Of a DNA stretch of 64,000 bases, positions 45,274-58,023 are shown piece by piece. Source of the DNA: Amphiscolops sp. MND2022 (taxonomy: Eukaryota); NCBI GenBank assembly GCA_964187785.1, contig OZ076412.1:46004001-46068000 (forward strand). The letters run 5' to 3'. The notes beneath the pieces were generated by a model. That model made no database searches. It had not been told where the DNA came from and was given only the letters and a program-made list of their open reading frames with translations. The number at the start of each line of letters is the position of its first letter. Position 1 is the stretch's first letter. The position numbers and the translations under genes were made by a program.

Positions 45274-46599
45274 CGCGAAATACAGTCTCTGTATCAAGAA
45301 TATTTTAGTTGATTGTATCAAAAGCGACAGTTATCGGCAATGATTGTATCAAGTTTGTAGCGTCATATGGTACTGATGAACGAAAAAAAATTGATCCCAC
45401 ACTTTAAGGGTGTCTGCTATTTTTACCCCAGTCACCGTGACCAGCGGGAAACTGCAGGCCATGAAACTATAAACAGAGGCACCCTAGACTGATGTAATAC
45501 TGCTCTTTATAGGTTGTTATCAAATATAAATGACGCATACTACGTCAGATTAGTAGAAAAAACAGAATTTTTATTGAAATTGTTACCTAATTCACATGCA
45601 GCTAAGTAGAACATTACACGTTTATTTAATGGTGAGCAACGACATCAAGTACTGAAAGAGTGTACATCCGATGGCTACTGATTGCAGCGTATGGACGCTG
45701 AGTCCTTCTGGCTATAGCATAAAGGAACATGGTAGGGAGTGTTCACGTTGGTTGATGAGAAGTAGGACGGCGCGTTGACCAGTCTAGAGGCGTGGACCAG
45801 TTGTATGCGTTTCCTCGTTGTCGGTTAACTGCAACATTTACATGCTATTTTTGTAGCAGCTTTATACATTAAATAGCAATGGCACTTGTTTACAAGTTTC
45901 ACTGAAGGCACTTTTCTTGGTTATATAAACGCATAAAGTATTCACTTGTAAAAGAAAATATGCTAAAAATAATGGACAACTGTTCACAGTTTTATGTTGT
46001 AGCCGAATAGACCTATGGCCTATGAGTGTAAATTGGGAGTACGTCTGGCCGCCGGTTTGTATTTTCTCCTTTGGGGAGATCTGATAGGCATTTCCGTCGC
46101 AGGAGGTAGCCTGCGACATCTAGATTACCCGTTCCCTGAGTTCTGGATACTAGAGTCGAATATTAGGCCTTGACAGTTGAAATCGAGCGAGCTGGGGTTT
46201 TTGCCACCCGGTTCTGACGTTTGATGTGCTTTTTTCCGGAAGCGTCCGTCTTATCCATGCAAACCAGTTCCTGTGTTGTTTGATTTCTTCTCAAAAACAT
46301 GAATTAGTTTCCTGATTAGTTTCAGCTTGTCTCAATTATGCGCGTTAGTTACCGTGTGATTAGTTACAGATCTGGCTGTTTATAATTTATCGGGAATGGA
46401 AGCTCTCTAATTTTCTCTAGAGGAGTCATCTCTAATTTTCTCTAGAGGAGTCACTATAACAATTGAAAGGGGTTTTTACGTACTTCTTTTGGACACTTCC
46501 TCGTCTGTTATATTATTAGATGGACCTAACTACCATTCAATAAATATAAACGTCTCTTATGTATGCCCTGCTTAATTTTTTATGTTCGTAAAAAGGATA

Positions 46600-47315
46600 G
46601 CATGTTGCTCATCACAGTGTTTGGTTCTCTTGTTCTTCACCTTGTGTGTGGAGTAGTTTTCATTACGTTTAACGCCAAGTCCAATGGTTTAACAATGGCT
46701 CTCCATTTGTTGGTTTCCAAACGTTGTTTATAAGTTTTTCTTTCGGGGAGTGTGAATGTACAGTGTGCGGTTTTATGCAGGATGAAATGGCGTTGGCAAA
46801 ACTCTCTGATGACTCTCGGGACACCGTTCGATTGAATGTATTGTTCAAGGTGCTTTACAGTTGTTTTTCTGTCAGTTCAGTTAAATAGACTTGCAACTGC
46901 GCATTTACTATACCGGCCAATGGAAAGTATGTTTTGAAATTGATAACACCACGATCCGATTTGTGATTAGCCCAATTAACTTCAACTGGAGTCCTTCGTT
47001 CGGTGCGGTTGAAGGTGTCAAAATACCTCATTCCATTTCCATTTTCGGTAAATTGTATTATTGTTGTTACCCGAAAATCTACATGGGTTGCATATTTCGC
47101 TTTTGTACTGGAAGTCTAGATTAGACCACCAGAAGTGCCTCGGATTCCTTGAATTTTTGATATTGACAGGCTGGCCATTGTGCAACAATGAAAAAAACTT
47201 GGTTCGCCGGTTGACAGGTACTTCGATTCGGTCTTCAAAGAACACCAGATTGTATCTACAGGACAATTTCTTTTCAAGCAGACGGTACTCGTTCGGGATT
47301 AACCCGTGCTGTTTC
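46600..47315 (-). pseudogene. Gypsy integrase relic
   Basis: RIEVP..LLHNGQP..FWWSNL..CNPC zinc-finger remnant, then YIQSNGVPR and ALNVMKTTPH. Many stops and frameshifts. Confidence 0.7.
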
Positions 47316-47565
47316 TAATAATAATAATAATAATAATTGAATTTATCAGGGTGCGCTGTATATATAAGCATCATATAAAATTATAAACATAAAAGTGCAA
47401 ACATAAAATAATTTAGCCCCTGAAAAGGCTTCCTATAAGCACTTAGGCTTTTCAAGAGGAAACCTTTTGAAATGATTTTTTTGTGTTTTTTCAGTTTTTT
47501 TTGTGTGTGTGTGGTAGAGATTTGACATTTAATTAACCGTTTCAATCTATCCAGCTGAAAAAATT

Positions 47566-50379
47566 CTAATTGCATATAAGATCAATCAAGTCACCATTTC
47601 CAAAAATGTAGAGATCTGCAATTTGGTGGTAGTAATTTTGAAAACAGTTTTCGTCCATTTCGCATATCAGTTCGTCTGTAAATAAAACACCCCACTTGCG
47701 CAATGCATTGATGAGTATGATTGCCCGAGAATCTAGCCTATCATTTTCTCCTGTGCGATTCCATATATTTAGACTACCATTTCTTGTTTGTCTATTTTGC
47801 GTTCCAATGCAAAGACTTTTGAAACCATTTCGTATCTGATTAAGGGAAAATTTGAAGATTTCATAAACATGATACTCAAACACTGTTCTAATTTTTAATT
47901 CGTTGAATTTTTCAGTAACACTAGTTCTGGTTGGAAGCCTTAAAGCTATCCTCATTAGTTTTTTTTGTAATAAGAAAATTTTTAGCAATTTAGTTTTTGG
48001 GCCCAAGCCATACAGAAGCACGCCATACTGAACCAGAGGTGATATAAACGATCGAATATATTGTACTAACTGTTTTTCGTTCAACGTTGCCCTTAATTTG
48101 TACAAGATTCCGCTTTGTTGCGCCAATTTGGCAATAACATGATTAATGTGCTCTTGGAAGTTCAATTTTTTATCGAAATGTATACCCAAGTATTTATAAC
48201 TCTCACAAGAGGAAACTTCATGATCCCCAATAAAAATGTTCGGATACTTCACAGATTTCTTCTCAAAAACGACAAACTTTGTTTCCGTGTAATTACAATC
48301 CAAGCGATTCATTTCTGTCCAATTTTGGAACAAAGTTTTATCATCAGACTTTGTATTTAGCTTTTCGATCATAACTGTATCATCCGCATACTTTATTATT
48401 TTACTCTGCCATTTTTCATCGGCGCCCAAATCATTAATATAAACAAGAAATAAGAGAGGGCCAAGTATAGATCCCTGTGGGACTCCACGTTTTATTAATT
48501 TCATGGATGAGCATTTATCCTCAATTTTCACATACTGACACCTATTCGTTAAGTAACTCGTTAGGAGTTTATGAGAAACTCCTCTGATACCGATTCGATT
48601 CAATTTATTCAACAGAACGCTGTGATCAACTGCATCAAAAGCTTTCCTGAAATCAATAAAAACAGAGTTCGTTTTAATTTTGGACCTCCAATTTGCTTCT
48701 ATTTCTTTAAAAAGTGATGTTGCGGCTTGGATAGAATCTTTCTTTTTTCTGAACCCATATTGATTTTCCGAAAGAATTCCAAATTTTTCAAAATAGTTCA
48801 TCAATCTTCTGTGTATTACCTTCTCGAAGAGCTTTGATAAATTACCCAGAATAGAAATCGGCCTGTAATTGGAAGCTAAACTTGTTGCACCAGCTTTAAA
48901 AATTGGTATTACTTTAGCAATTTTCATACTTTGAGGAAACACTCCTGCATATATGCAATTGTTGAAAGCAGTTTTTAGATAAGGACTAACAATTCGGGAA
49001 GCTTTCTTTAATACGGCGACCTCAATGCAATCCATGCCAACAGATTTTTTGTTTTTCAATGTGCAAATGTGTTTCGAAACTTCAGCCTCAGTAACTGGGC
49101 GCATGAATATTGATTGCGGTTGTTCAACCTGCTGACTTTTAAAACGATGAGTTAATATTGTGTCTGAGGTATCAGCAGCAGTTATGAAATAATTATTAAA
49201 ATCTTCTGCAGATAAATCACATTTTGCTACTTGATTCAAAGTGCCTTTCACCTTTTTTATGTATCTGAAAAATTCTCTCGAATTATTGCGGTCAATTCTA
49301 GATTGAACTTCATTCCGCTTTGCGTTTTTAATTTCCATATTGACTTCATTTCTTTTTTTCCTGTACTTCTCGTAATCAACAGATGATTTTGTTTTTAACC
49401 ATAAATGATAATGTTTATCTCTATTTGCTATGTGCCTCTTAATACAATTTGTTATCCAAGACTTTTTGGGTTCATGGCGTTTCACTTGCTTGGTTGGGAA
49501 ATATTTGTCAGTTGAATCTTTGATTACATGCGCGATCTCTTCTAGATATGATTCGGCATCTGAATCTTGTTCATTAAGTTTACCCAACGAATGATTCAAG
49601 AAGAAAAGGAGTTTTTCACAGTAAAAAGAGTCTTCTAATTTCTTGAGTGATCGATATTCAAAGATGTTTTCCGCAATTTCATAAAAAATTTCGAAAGACA
49701 GTTCTAAGCTGTAATGGTCAGAGAATGTTGTTTTTTTAATCTGCGTTAGTTGCACCGGAATATTGCTGTATATGGAGTCTATGCAAGTACTAGATGTAGC
49801 AGTTTCTCTTGTAGGTTGTCGCAAGCTAACCAATTCCAACCCTTGGGCTGTCATCAAATTTTCTAACGTTATCCGTGCTGCAAGGTTTTCGTTTAACAAA
49901 TCAATATTGAAGTCTCCACAAGCTATCTGCATACCTTCACCATTTTTATCCAATACTTCTTCAACATGGTCCAGATACTGACTTCTATTCCTCGACGGTT
50001 CACAATAGAAACAAGAAACTATTATTTTCTTTTTCTTTTTGAAGTCACTAATTTTTACAGATAATGACTCGTAGGCTTCATCCGTGTGAAGTAATTCAGC
50101 TTCCAGGTCCGATGTAACATAAATTGCTACACCTCCACCTCGTTTGCGGTTTCTGGTGCTAGCGAAAGGTCTTTGGTATCCTTCGAGACAATACAGTCCT
50201 GCTTCATTTTCGTTTTTCCACCATGTTTCGGTTAATGCGATTACGGACGGCTTTGTTTGTGCAACCAATATTTCAAGATCTTCTAAATTTGCAGATACTG
50301 ATCTTATATTATTATACAGAAAAGTCAACCCCTCTACCACACGTTTTTTAAAGTTTTTATTTGAATGTTCTGTCAGCAT
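47566..50379 (-). CDS. LINE ORF2 (APE endonuclease + RT)
   Basis: LTETW, GGGVAIY, GDFN and SDH (APE); NYRPIS, FIDFRKAFD, GVPQGSILGP, YADD and YLG (RT). 937 aa uninterrupted. Confidence 0.97.
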   Translation of the reverse strand: MLTEHSNKNFKKRVVEGLTFLYNNIRSVSANLEDLEILVAQTKPSVIALTETWWKNENEAGLYCLEGYQRPFASTRNRKRGGGVAIYVTSDLEAELLHTDEAYESLSVKISDFKKKKKIIVSCFYCEPSRNRSQYLDHVEEVLDKNGEGMQIACGDFNIDLLNENLAARITLENLMTAQGLELVSLRQPTRETATSSTCIDSIYSNIPVQLTQIKKTTFSDHYSLELSFEIFYEIAENIFEYRSLKKLEDSFYCEKLLFFLNHSLGKLNEQDSDAESYLEEIAHVIKDSTDKYFPTKQVKRHEPKKSWITNCIKRHIANRDKHYHLWLKTKSSVDYEKYRKKRNEVNMEIKNAKRNEVQSRIDRNNSREFFRYIKKVKGTLNQVAKCDLSAEDFNNYFITAADTSDTILTHRFKSQQVEQPQSIFMRPVTEAEVSKHICTLKNKKSVGMDCIEVAVLKKASRIVSPYLKTAFNNCIYAGVFPQSMKIAKVIPIFKAGATSLASNYRPISILGNLSKLFEKVIHRRLMNYFEKFGILSENQYGFRKKKDSIQAATSLFKEIEANWRSKIKTNSVFIDFRKAFDAVDHSVLLNKLNRIGIRGVSHKLLTSYLTNRCQYVKIEDKCSSMKLIKRGVPQGSILGPLLFLVYINDLGADEKWQSKIIKYADDTVMIEKLNTKSDDKTLFQNWTEMNRLDCNYTETKFVVFEKKSVKYPNIFIGDHEVSSCESYKYLGIHFDKKLNFQEHINHVIAKLAQQSGILYKLRATLNEKQLVQYIRSFISPLVQYGVLLYGLGPKTKLLKIFLLQKKLMRIALRLPTRTSVTEKFNELKIRTVFEYHVYEIFKFSLNQIRNGFKSLCIGTQNRQTRNGSLNIWNRTGENDRLDSRAIILINALRKWGVLFTDELICEMDENCFQNYYHQIADLYIFGNGDLIDLICN

Positions 50380-50461
50380 TAATTGCAGTCAAATGTGTTT
50401 TTTTAAGGTTTGTTTTTGCATTTGCGTTTCGTCAGCGTTACATTGTTATTTCTATATTTTT

Positions 50462-51301
50462 TTAGGACATTTGACCGCAATTTGATGACGTTTGTTCATC
50501 TATTTCTGGTTGAACAGTTCCAAGACAAAGTGCTTTTAGAGTTGCCATCCCTTCTGCATCTGGTGAGCTTCGTATTCGTTTCAGTGCACTTTTTAGTTGC
50601 AACTCCATACCGGACTTTTTGGGTGCAGGAGTAGAAAACACAGTTGCTGATTTGGCAGGCTCCAATTGTTTCTTTTTCACAGCACAATGTTTGATATCTT
50701 CAACTGCTTGTACGCTTTTTACCACCACTGACTTGAAGGTATTATCCTCATTTTTCATAAAGACTTTCACATTGCAATTTTGGGTTGTTGTTATTAGACC
50801 GAAATCGTCAGCTTTCTGCTTGATAGACCTTTGTTGGGGTGGAAGCCTCTCCTTCATGTAGATTGGTTTTCGATTGATTGGATTTAGCGCTCTTGCCAAC
50901 CATGATTTACGGCCAAAAATCTCGTTTTTTTGATTGAAATATATAAATTTCACTATAATTGCAGGGGGATAGTTGCTATTTTTCCAGGGGCCCAGAAAAT
51001 GGCAGGCCTTGAAATCCGATGGGTGGGCGGAAAAGCTCAGAAATCGTCGAAAAAAGTCACATACCTGTAGTTCCAGTTGTTCAAAATTCGGATTGAGCGG
51101 GGCATTCTCAATTATGATGCAGTCTTTGGAGGAATAAACCTCACACTCGTTAACCCTTACCTCCAGATCCGATACCCGGTTCTCCAAAGATAGTATTTTC
51201 TCGTCCTTAATAGATAATTGCTCCAATAGATGTGATAATAAGGATCGTAAATTGGAATTTTCAATGTTCTGTAATGCATTTTCGACATTAAGTTCAGACA
51301 T
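50462..51301 (-). CDS. LINE ORF1 (coiled coil + RRM-type)
   Basis: Heptad LENRVSDLEVRV, then CIIIEN, ACHFLG, PPAIIVKF and IYMKERL. Located directly upstream of ORF2. Confidence 0.88.
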   Translation of the reverse strand: MSELNVENALQNIENSNLRSLLSHLLEQLSIKDEKILSLENRVSDLEVRVNECEVYSSKDCIIIENAPLNPNFEQLELQVCDFFRRFLSFSAHPSDFKACHFLGPWKNSNYPPAIIVKFIYFNQKNEIFGRKSWLARALNPINRKPIYMKERLPPQQRSIKQKADDFGLITTTQNCNVKVFMKNEDNTFKSVVVKSVQAVEDIKHCAVKKKQLEPAKSATVFSTPAPKKSGMELQLKSALKRIRSSPDAEGMATLKALCLGTVQPEIDEQTSSNCGQMS

Positions 51302-51672
51302 ATTTGAGCGGTCAATGTTTTAATTTCACCAAGAATAAGAACTATTACGTAACAATGAAGCTAAACGAACGCGACCGTTTTCTAGCTATGCATGTTTCTC
51401 TCAGGGCTCACCAGGCTCTTCAATAACTAAGGGTCGTTCGTTGTCTTCGTCAACAGTAGCTGTGAAAAGGTGCAACTCCTTTCTGTTTCTAGGACACAGT
51501 TCCGCGGACAGGAAATTTCTCTTGCTCTAACAGGTCACTCCAATAAACAATACGATCACGTATTTTCCCCGATGCCACGGAAAAATTAAAACTCAGTGAC
51601 TTTTTTTGATTTTTTACATGAGGGAAGGGGGTTTTACAGGTAGGTCAGAGGATATTCCACTACCCAGCGTTC

Positions 51673-51890
51673 GACATCTTGAATATCTTGCCAAGATCTC
51701 AGGAAAATCTTGAATTCTTGAATATCTTGGAAAGATGTTAGGTTTTGTCTTGACATCTTGAATTTCTTGGTAAAATCTTGGATTTCATCTTGGATATCTT
51801 GACAAGATCGTGGATCTTGGAAATCTTGGTAAGATCTTGGATCTTGAATATCTTGGCGAGATCTTGGATTTTGTCTTGACACCTTGAATA
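51673..51890. repeat. ATCTTGRAT-based minisatellite
   Basis: Dense degenerate 9/27-bp repeats. Confidence 0.8.
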
Positions 51891-52784
51891 TCTACGAATC
51901 TCCCTCCGCCTAAAAATAAAGACATCGTTCAGTTTTTGGAAGCGTTGCTTGCAGAAGAACTACATGTTCGGCAAATATTTTGTTGACGTTTTCTTGTTCA
52001 GTTTCCCAAACTGTCACTTGGTGTAGTTTCAAATTTGGGTGTCTCTTTTCCGGATACAATTATTGTTTTCTCGAAAATTTCCGAGACTAGACACTAGCAA
52101 AATTATTGAACTTTATTTCAGTTCAATTTTTGTTGTGATTACGAGTGCGTACTGAAAAAGTCAGATATTTTGTTCGGCAGTAAGTATAAGCGTGAGATTT
52201 AAATTTCTCAAGCAGCCGACAACAATTCGTTTCTCGTGCGATGGAACGAGCGAGTGGTAATTATGCTTTCGTACGCCGAGTTATTGCGGTGGAATGAACG
52301 AGTGTGAATTATTTGTTCGCCGAGAGCTTCGCCTGCATTCAAATGCGAATGCGAAACATCGTCTACGCTTAGTAGTTATATTTTCGTTAGTCCGAGAAGA
52401 ATTAAAGGCGGTGTAAACTGGTAGTGATTAATTATATGTTATATAAATGATTAAGGTATGCTTCTATTAATGAACATGAAACCCTAAAAGCAACAACACT
52501 GTGCCCCGCAATGGCCTATTTTGTTATTACGTCCCTCAAATCACGAAGTTTTTTGTCTGCCAGTGTGAAAAGTCCTGGCCTTTAAAAGGTAGTTGAAATA
52601 CTTCGATTTATGGAAAAATACAAAAGCTTTTGCTTTTCCGGACTGTTTAGGCTGTCCTTTCTCTTCGTTTTGAGCACTTTCTGAGGTGAAATTTTATCAG
52701 ATGGCCTTTACGCGAATTGTTGTGACATCAACACAAATTTAGGTGTCTAGAAACACAAATTAGTAAATACCGTCGTCATTTGTC

Positions 52785-54477
52785 TGTACGGTATTTACTG
52801 CAGGGATCACGAAGCAGTTTTCGTCGATATCGGTTGCCTTTTCGATTTTGCCCACTTTTTCAAATTTTAAAATCTCACTGTTTACTGCCAGCTGTAAGGT
52901 AACGTGAAAGTCCGGCTGTCGACACGCCCCTGCGGCTCGAATAGCTGTACCTTCCTCTGATTGAGAGATAACTTGTTGAGTAAAGGTCGCCAATAAAGTT
53001 TTAATCGCGTTTATCTCAGTTTGTAAGTGGACGATTTGGTGAGGACCTTCTGCTTGAGAAGACGAATTTCTTTCGTCACGATGAGGTTCAGATGAATTTG
53101 AGTCAGAATCTACGTTTGCAGTTTTGATCTGTTCAGAGCTCCTCAACAATAGGCATTGGAGTTTTCCTTTTCACTGTGAGTGTTAGATTAGTTTTCATGG
53201 AAAGAGCAGTTTTAACTGAATCATTTTTTTGTACGGTATTTACTGCAGGGCTCACGAAGCAGTTTTCGTCGGTATCCGTTGCCTTTTCGCAATTGCCTGC
53301 TTTTTCAAATTTTAATAACTCACTGTCTCCTGCCAGCTGTAAGTTAACGTGAAAGTCTGGCTGTCGACACGCCCCTGCGGCTCGAATAGCTGTACTTTCC
53401 TCTGATTGAGAGATAACTTATTGAGTAAAGGTCGCCAATAAAGTTTTAATCGCGTTTATTTCAGTTTGTAAATTGACGATTTGGTGAGGACCTTCTTCTT
53501 GAGAAGACGAATTTCTTTCGTCACGATGAGGTTCAGATGAATTTGAGTAAGAATCTACGTTTGCAGTTTTGATCTGTTCAGAGCTCCTCCACAGTAGGCA
53601 TTGGAGTTTTCCTTTTCACTGTGAGTGTTAGATTAGTTTTCATGGAAAGAGCAGTTTTAACTGAATCATTTTTGTGTACGGTATTTACTGCAGGGCTCAC
53701 GAAGCAGTTTTCGTCGGTATCCGTTGCCTTTTCGCAATTGCCTGCTTTTTCAAATTTTAATAACTCACTGTCTGCTGCCAGCTGTAAGGTAACGTGAAAG
53801 TCTGGCTGTCGACACGCTCCTGCGGCTCGAATACTTGTACCTTCCTCTGATTGAGAGATAACTTATTGAGTAAAGGTCGCCAATAAAGTTTTAATCGCGT
53901 TTATTTCAGTTTGTAAATTGACGATTTGGTGAGGACCTTCTTCTTGAGAAGACGAATTTTTTTCGTCACGATGAGGTTCAGATGAATTTGAGTCAGAATC
54001 TACGTTTGCAGTTTTGATCTGTTCAGAGCTCCTCCACAATAGGCATTGGAGTTTTCCTTTTCACTGTGAGTGTTAGATTAGTTTTCATGGAAAGAGCAGT
54101 TTTAACTGAATCATATTTGTGTACGGTATTTACTGCAGGGCTCACGAAGCAGTTTTCGTCGGTATCCGTTGCCTTTTCGCAATTGCCTGCTTTTTCAAAT
54201 TTTAATAAATCACTGTCTGCTGCCAGCTGTAAGGTAACGTGAAAGTCTGGCTGTCGACACGCCCCTGCGGCTCGAATAGCTGTACCTTCCTCTGATTGAG
54301 AGATAACTTATTGAGTAAAGGTCGCCAATAAAGTTTTAATCGCGTTTATTTCAGATTGTAAATTGACGATTTGTTGAGGACCTTCTTCTTGAGAAGACGA
54401 ATTTCTTTCGTCACGATGAGTTTCAGATGAATTTGAGTCAGAATCTACGTTTGCAGTTTTGATCTGTTCAGAGCTCA
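52785..54477 (-). repeat. ~3.8 tandem copies of a 445-bp unit containing a Gypsy RT fragment
   Basis: Anchor gtacggtatttactg at 52786, 53231, 53676 and 54121. Minus strand reads VSPAVNTVQKNDSVKTAL...MPIVEEL. Confidence 0.9.
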
Positions 54478-55930
54478 TGTGTAGGTGGCTTCTCGATGAA
54501 TTTTCAAAGAAAGACGGATTTCATTGATGAATTACCCACTTCGAAGTTGTCGAGGAAGAACTACGCTCATATGATTCAGAAACGAAGAAATTTTATAGTT
54601 TTCAGAATTGAAATAAAACTTGATGAAATAGGTGAGAGTCGAATTTTGTTAGGCAAGCTACTGGTTAGTACGAAAGCTAATCAAGTTAATGAGCACCTTC
54701 AGAGCTACTGGTGTCGCGTCTAAATTCCAACCTTGTAACCTACATGTGACTACGCAGTTATCGTACTTTCCACATCATCGCTTGGCTGGTATATTGGGGT
54801 GGTGATTATCACCCGTTTTAACTCACCAACTTCAATAGTAAAGTATCGTACTATACTGCATTTGTATAATTTGGCGGAATTATAATGCTCATACTTCACT
54901 GAGAATGAAATGGTGAAAGCGCAAGTTACTTTATTAATGTCTGATGGATTTACGATGTTTAATAGCACTTGTGATGAATTTATGATGAACTGCGTAATTA
55001 GAAATAGTGAAGAATAATTTCTGGATGTGTGAATATTTGGTGAGGAATTTTGAAAAAAATGGATAGTGCCTTCTAGTCTTAGAGGCATTGACTTAGTCCC
55101 CTAAATTTTATCCATTTTCAATCAATGGCATTGAAGTAACTGTGAATTCATCCATTTCTCGTCAGAGACCATCAATGCGTTGAAACACTGATGACTGCAT
55201 GTAATTGAACACTAGCACTTTACTGAATTGAACGACGCGCGATCAGGGGCTCAAGTTTATAATAGGTATAATAATATATGAGTAGTATATGTGCGAGCTG
55301 ATCAGGTTTAAGACCCACATGTTTTGAGATAGGCTATAGCGAGCCGACTCGAGCCCAGAGCCGAGAAGGGTCTTCCACCCTCACGACTCGCTTGGGCTTG
55401 ATTTTTTTCGTATCGTGCTCGATTCTGATTTACTGACGACTCGAGTCGTGCTGCCGACTCGAGTCGCGCTCGATTCTGATTGCCTGACGACTTGACTCAG
55501 TGTATAAAGGTATGAAGCCGAGTGATTGTCAATGTATAAAGATGTGCTCAATGTATAAAGATAGGGAATAGCTTCGGCCATGTTTTAAGATAGGGTATAG
55601 GATTTTCGGCATTGTGCGACATTTTCGGCACTGTGAGACTTTGGGTAAAAAATGATTTTTTGCTGGGACCGGCCGCCCGCGGGAATAATTTTACCCGCCC
55701 CCGCAATATTTCATCCGCCTGCGGAATATTTTACCCCCCACCGCAAACATTTATCCGCCACGGGAATAATTTATCCGCCACGGGAATAATTTATCCGCCA
55801 AAGAGGTTGAGCTAATTACTTGACTACTGTGTACAGGAAAAAATAATGTTTAAATAGAAAAAATTTCATAATATTTTGTATAAATGTACTACAATCACAT
55901 GTATAAGCTGCACTTTACAATAAGCATGAG

Positions 55931-56319
55931 TTACATATAATTACTAATAAAAGAGAGTACATTAACATCGTGAACTCCTGTCAGTTGCTCTTGCTGGAAC
56001 TTGAAGAGATGAAAAGCTGAATATATGGCATAGAATCCGCACACGCTGGGATGTGACTGCAACAATACTGGAACCATCTTTTGGTAGCTTGCTTGAGAAG
56101 TTTGCATGATCCACCGAGAGAGTCTGCAAAATACAATTGCTGTTTAAATTTGGCAATTATTACCCTGTGCTCGCCAGACATGTAACTCGGTTCAGTATTG
56201 ACAATGACAAATGTATCATTTGGAAGCACAGGGACACGATCAGAAGGAATTGAGCCGAGGTGCCGATACTTGAGGAGAGGAATACGATCAATAATCTGTC
56301 GCAATGCAATGCCTTCCAT
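55931..56319 (-). pseudogene. Polinton/adintovirus adenain-like cysteine protease, frameshifted
   Basis: VIVNT...GEH, YFADSLG, and QSHPSVCG in a shifted frame. Confidence 0.85.
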
Positions 56320-56320
56320 A

Positions 56321-57642
56321 TTAGGTACTTTTACCGACAACACCAAACTTGTCAACTGCAACCGATGACATTCGTTCACCCAAAATAATGACTTCTGTTA
56401 CAATTTCGAGCGCTTCATTGAAGTTGAGTTCCAGTCCCAATGGTTCGCCAATCAATTCCGGATAGTGGCAATGTTCAGTAGCGTTTTGATTGATGTCAAA
56501 TCAAACACGAGCAGAAAGTGATCCTTGAAATTGTCAATCGGGATTGACGGTATATCGTCATGAAAGTTCATTGCTTTCATTGTTGTAACACAGAGACGGC
56601 AATTATCGGACGTGTCATAGTCAACAACAGATTGACCGCCGCGTAGTATTCTAATGTGTCTCAATCCAAACTGTTGATACCAGTATGGATTTTCAGTTAA
56701 GGAACCCGTAAAGGCAGAATTTGTGTTCATTGCTATGGCGATACGTCGGATCGGTGCATTGTTGAAAATGTTTTCTTGTATAAAGTGATTCTGTCGGGCG
56801 GGAATGATAAAAGTCTTGGCAAGTGTTTCCAAGTAGTTATATTCTACTGGACTGTTTGCTAGCATATCCATTCGCTTCTTGTGATAATCGTCTTCGAGTG
56901 GAATACGGCGATTATAAAGCGAACAATCCACAATTCCAAGGCTAACGTTAGGATTGTCACTAATCATGTGAAAATTGGGTCGAGCTCTAATTAGTCGTAT
57001 TCTAACTTTCATGTTTGGGTACAATAGCTCTGAAGTGGTGAAAAAATCGACACCCAATTTACCATACAGCATAAATCCGTCAGGTCTGGGGAACATTTTC
57101 ATTCTCCTTGAAAAGAATGGATCCTCCAAGGGGTTATCCATAGCGTCTTCTGGATTTGCTTCAAAGTCATAACCTTCACAATGTAGTACTCCCTTGTATT
57201 CAGAGATGGGTCCTTTGAAATTGGTAGAATTGTAAGATTTTTGAGCATAAAGTCCATTTAAATAGTAAATTTGCTGATTGTTTATATAAACTTCCACATT
57301 GGAGAAAATGGAGTGCATAATGTTGTTCACATGGGTAATTAAGGGAACCTCGTTGTCGTCGGCGGCATCAGCCTTTTTATCTTCTGCTTAATTGTGTGCC
57401 TTTTTGGTTTCTTTTTGGTACGAATCAAATCCACTATGCTTCACCAATTTGAGTACTAGAGACAAATACGTTTCACGCCAATCAGTGTAGTTGTTGCGAT
57501 CAGTTTGAAATTCAAACTCGATACTGTTTTCATCCAATGACGTTGTAGGATAAATTTGTTGTTCATGCGACGAAAGTACGTCATCGACAACTGGGACTTC
57601 ACCGCCAACACTGCCAGAAACGATTTGGTTTTGTGCATTCAT
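56321..57642 (-). pseudogene. Polinton major capsid protein (hexon-like), disrupted
   Basis: IYPTTSLDENSIEFEF, NNIMHSIFSNVEVYIN, KLGVDFF..LYPNMKVRIRL, IFNNAPIRRIAIAM and LLVFDLTS. Stops and frameshifts split the ORF. Confidence 0.85.
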
Positions 57643-57644
57643 GT

Positions 57645-58005
57645 TTAGCGTGAAATGTTTGTGAAAATGTCTCTGCGCGAACGGTTGTTTATGTTGGTGG
57701 ATTTTGTAGGAATGAATCTGCGCGTTCTCTTGCTATCGCCACCTAGTTGTTTTCTCAACGTCTTTTTGCCAACACTTGGTACAGCCGATTTTAAATATTT
57801 CTTTCCACTAATTATTTCTGCCATTTCAGGTACAGCATATTCCAACAAGTCAGCTTCAACTCTTCGTGCAGCTGGGACGATAAATTTTTTAAACAAAAGG
57901 AACTGCGGTTCTCCCAATACCTTGAGCAAGTGCTCCAAATAATCTTCCTCGTTGTCTTGTCACTCCTCTATAATACGGTAGTTCAAGTTCTCTTGAGGCA
58001 ACCAT
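57645..58005 (-). pseudogene. Polinton small basic core-like protein (copies at 59996 and 62347)
   Basis: R/G-rich start LPYYRG..QRGR, then KKFIVPAARRVGADLL and a basic C-terminus. Frameshifted. Confidence 0.65.
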
Positions 58006-58023
58006 CTCGCACAGTGTTTATTG

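Larger units (their letters stand above)
47318..51482 (-). mobile_element. CR1/L2-like LINE, apparently full length
   Basis: ORF1 plus ORF2, (TTA)7 tail at 47316-47336. Candidate 9-bp TSD ctgtttcta at 47309-47317 and 51483-51491. 5' boundary tentative. Confidence 0.85.
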
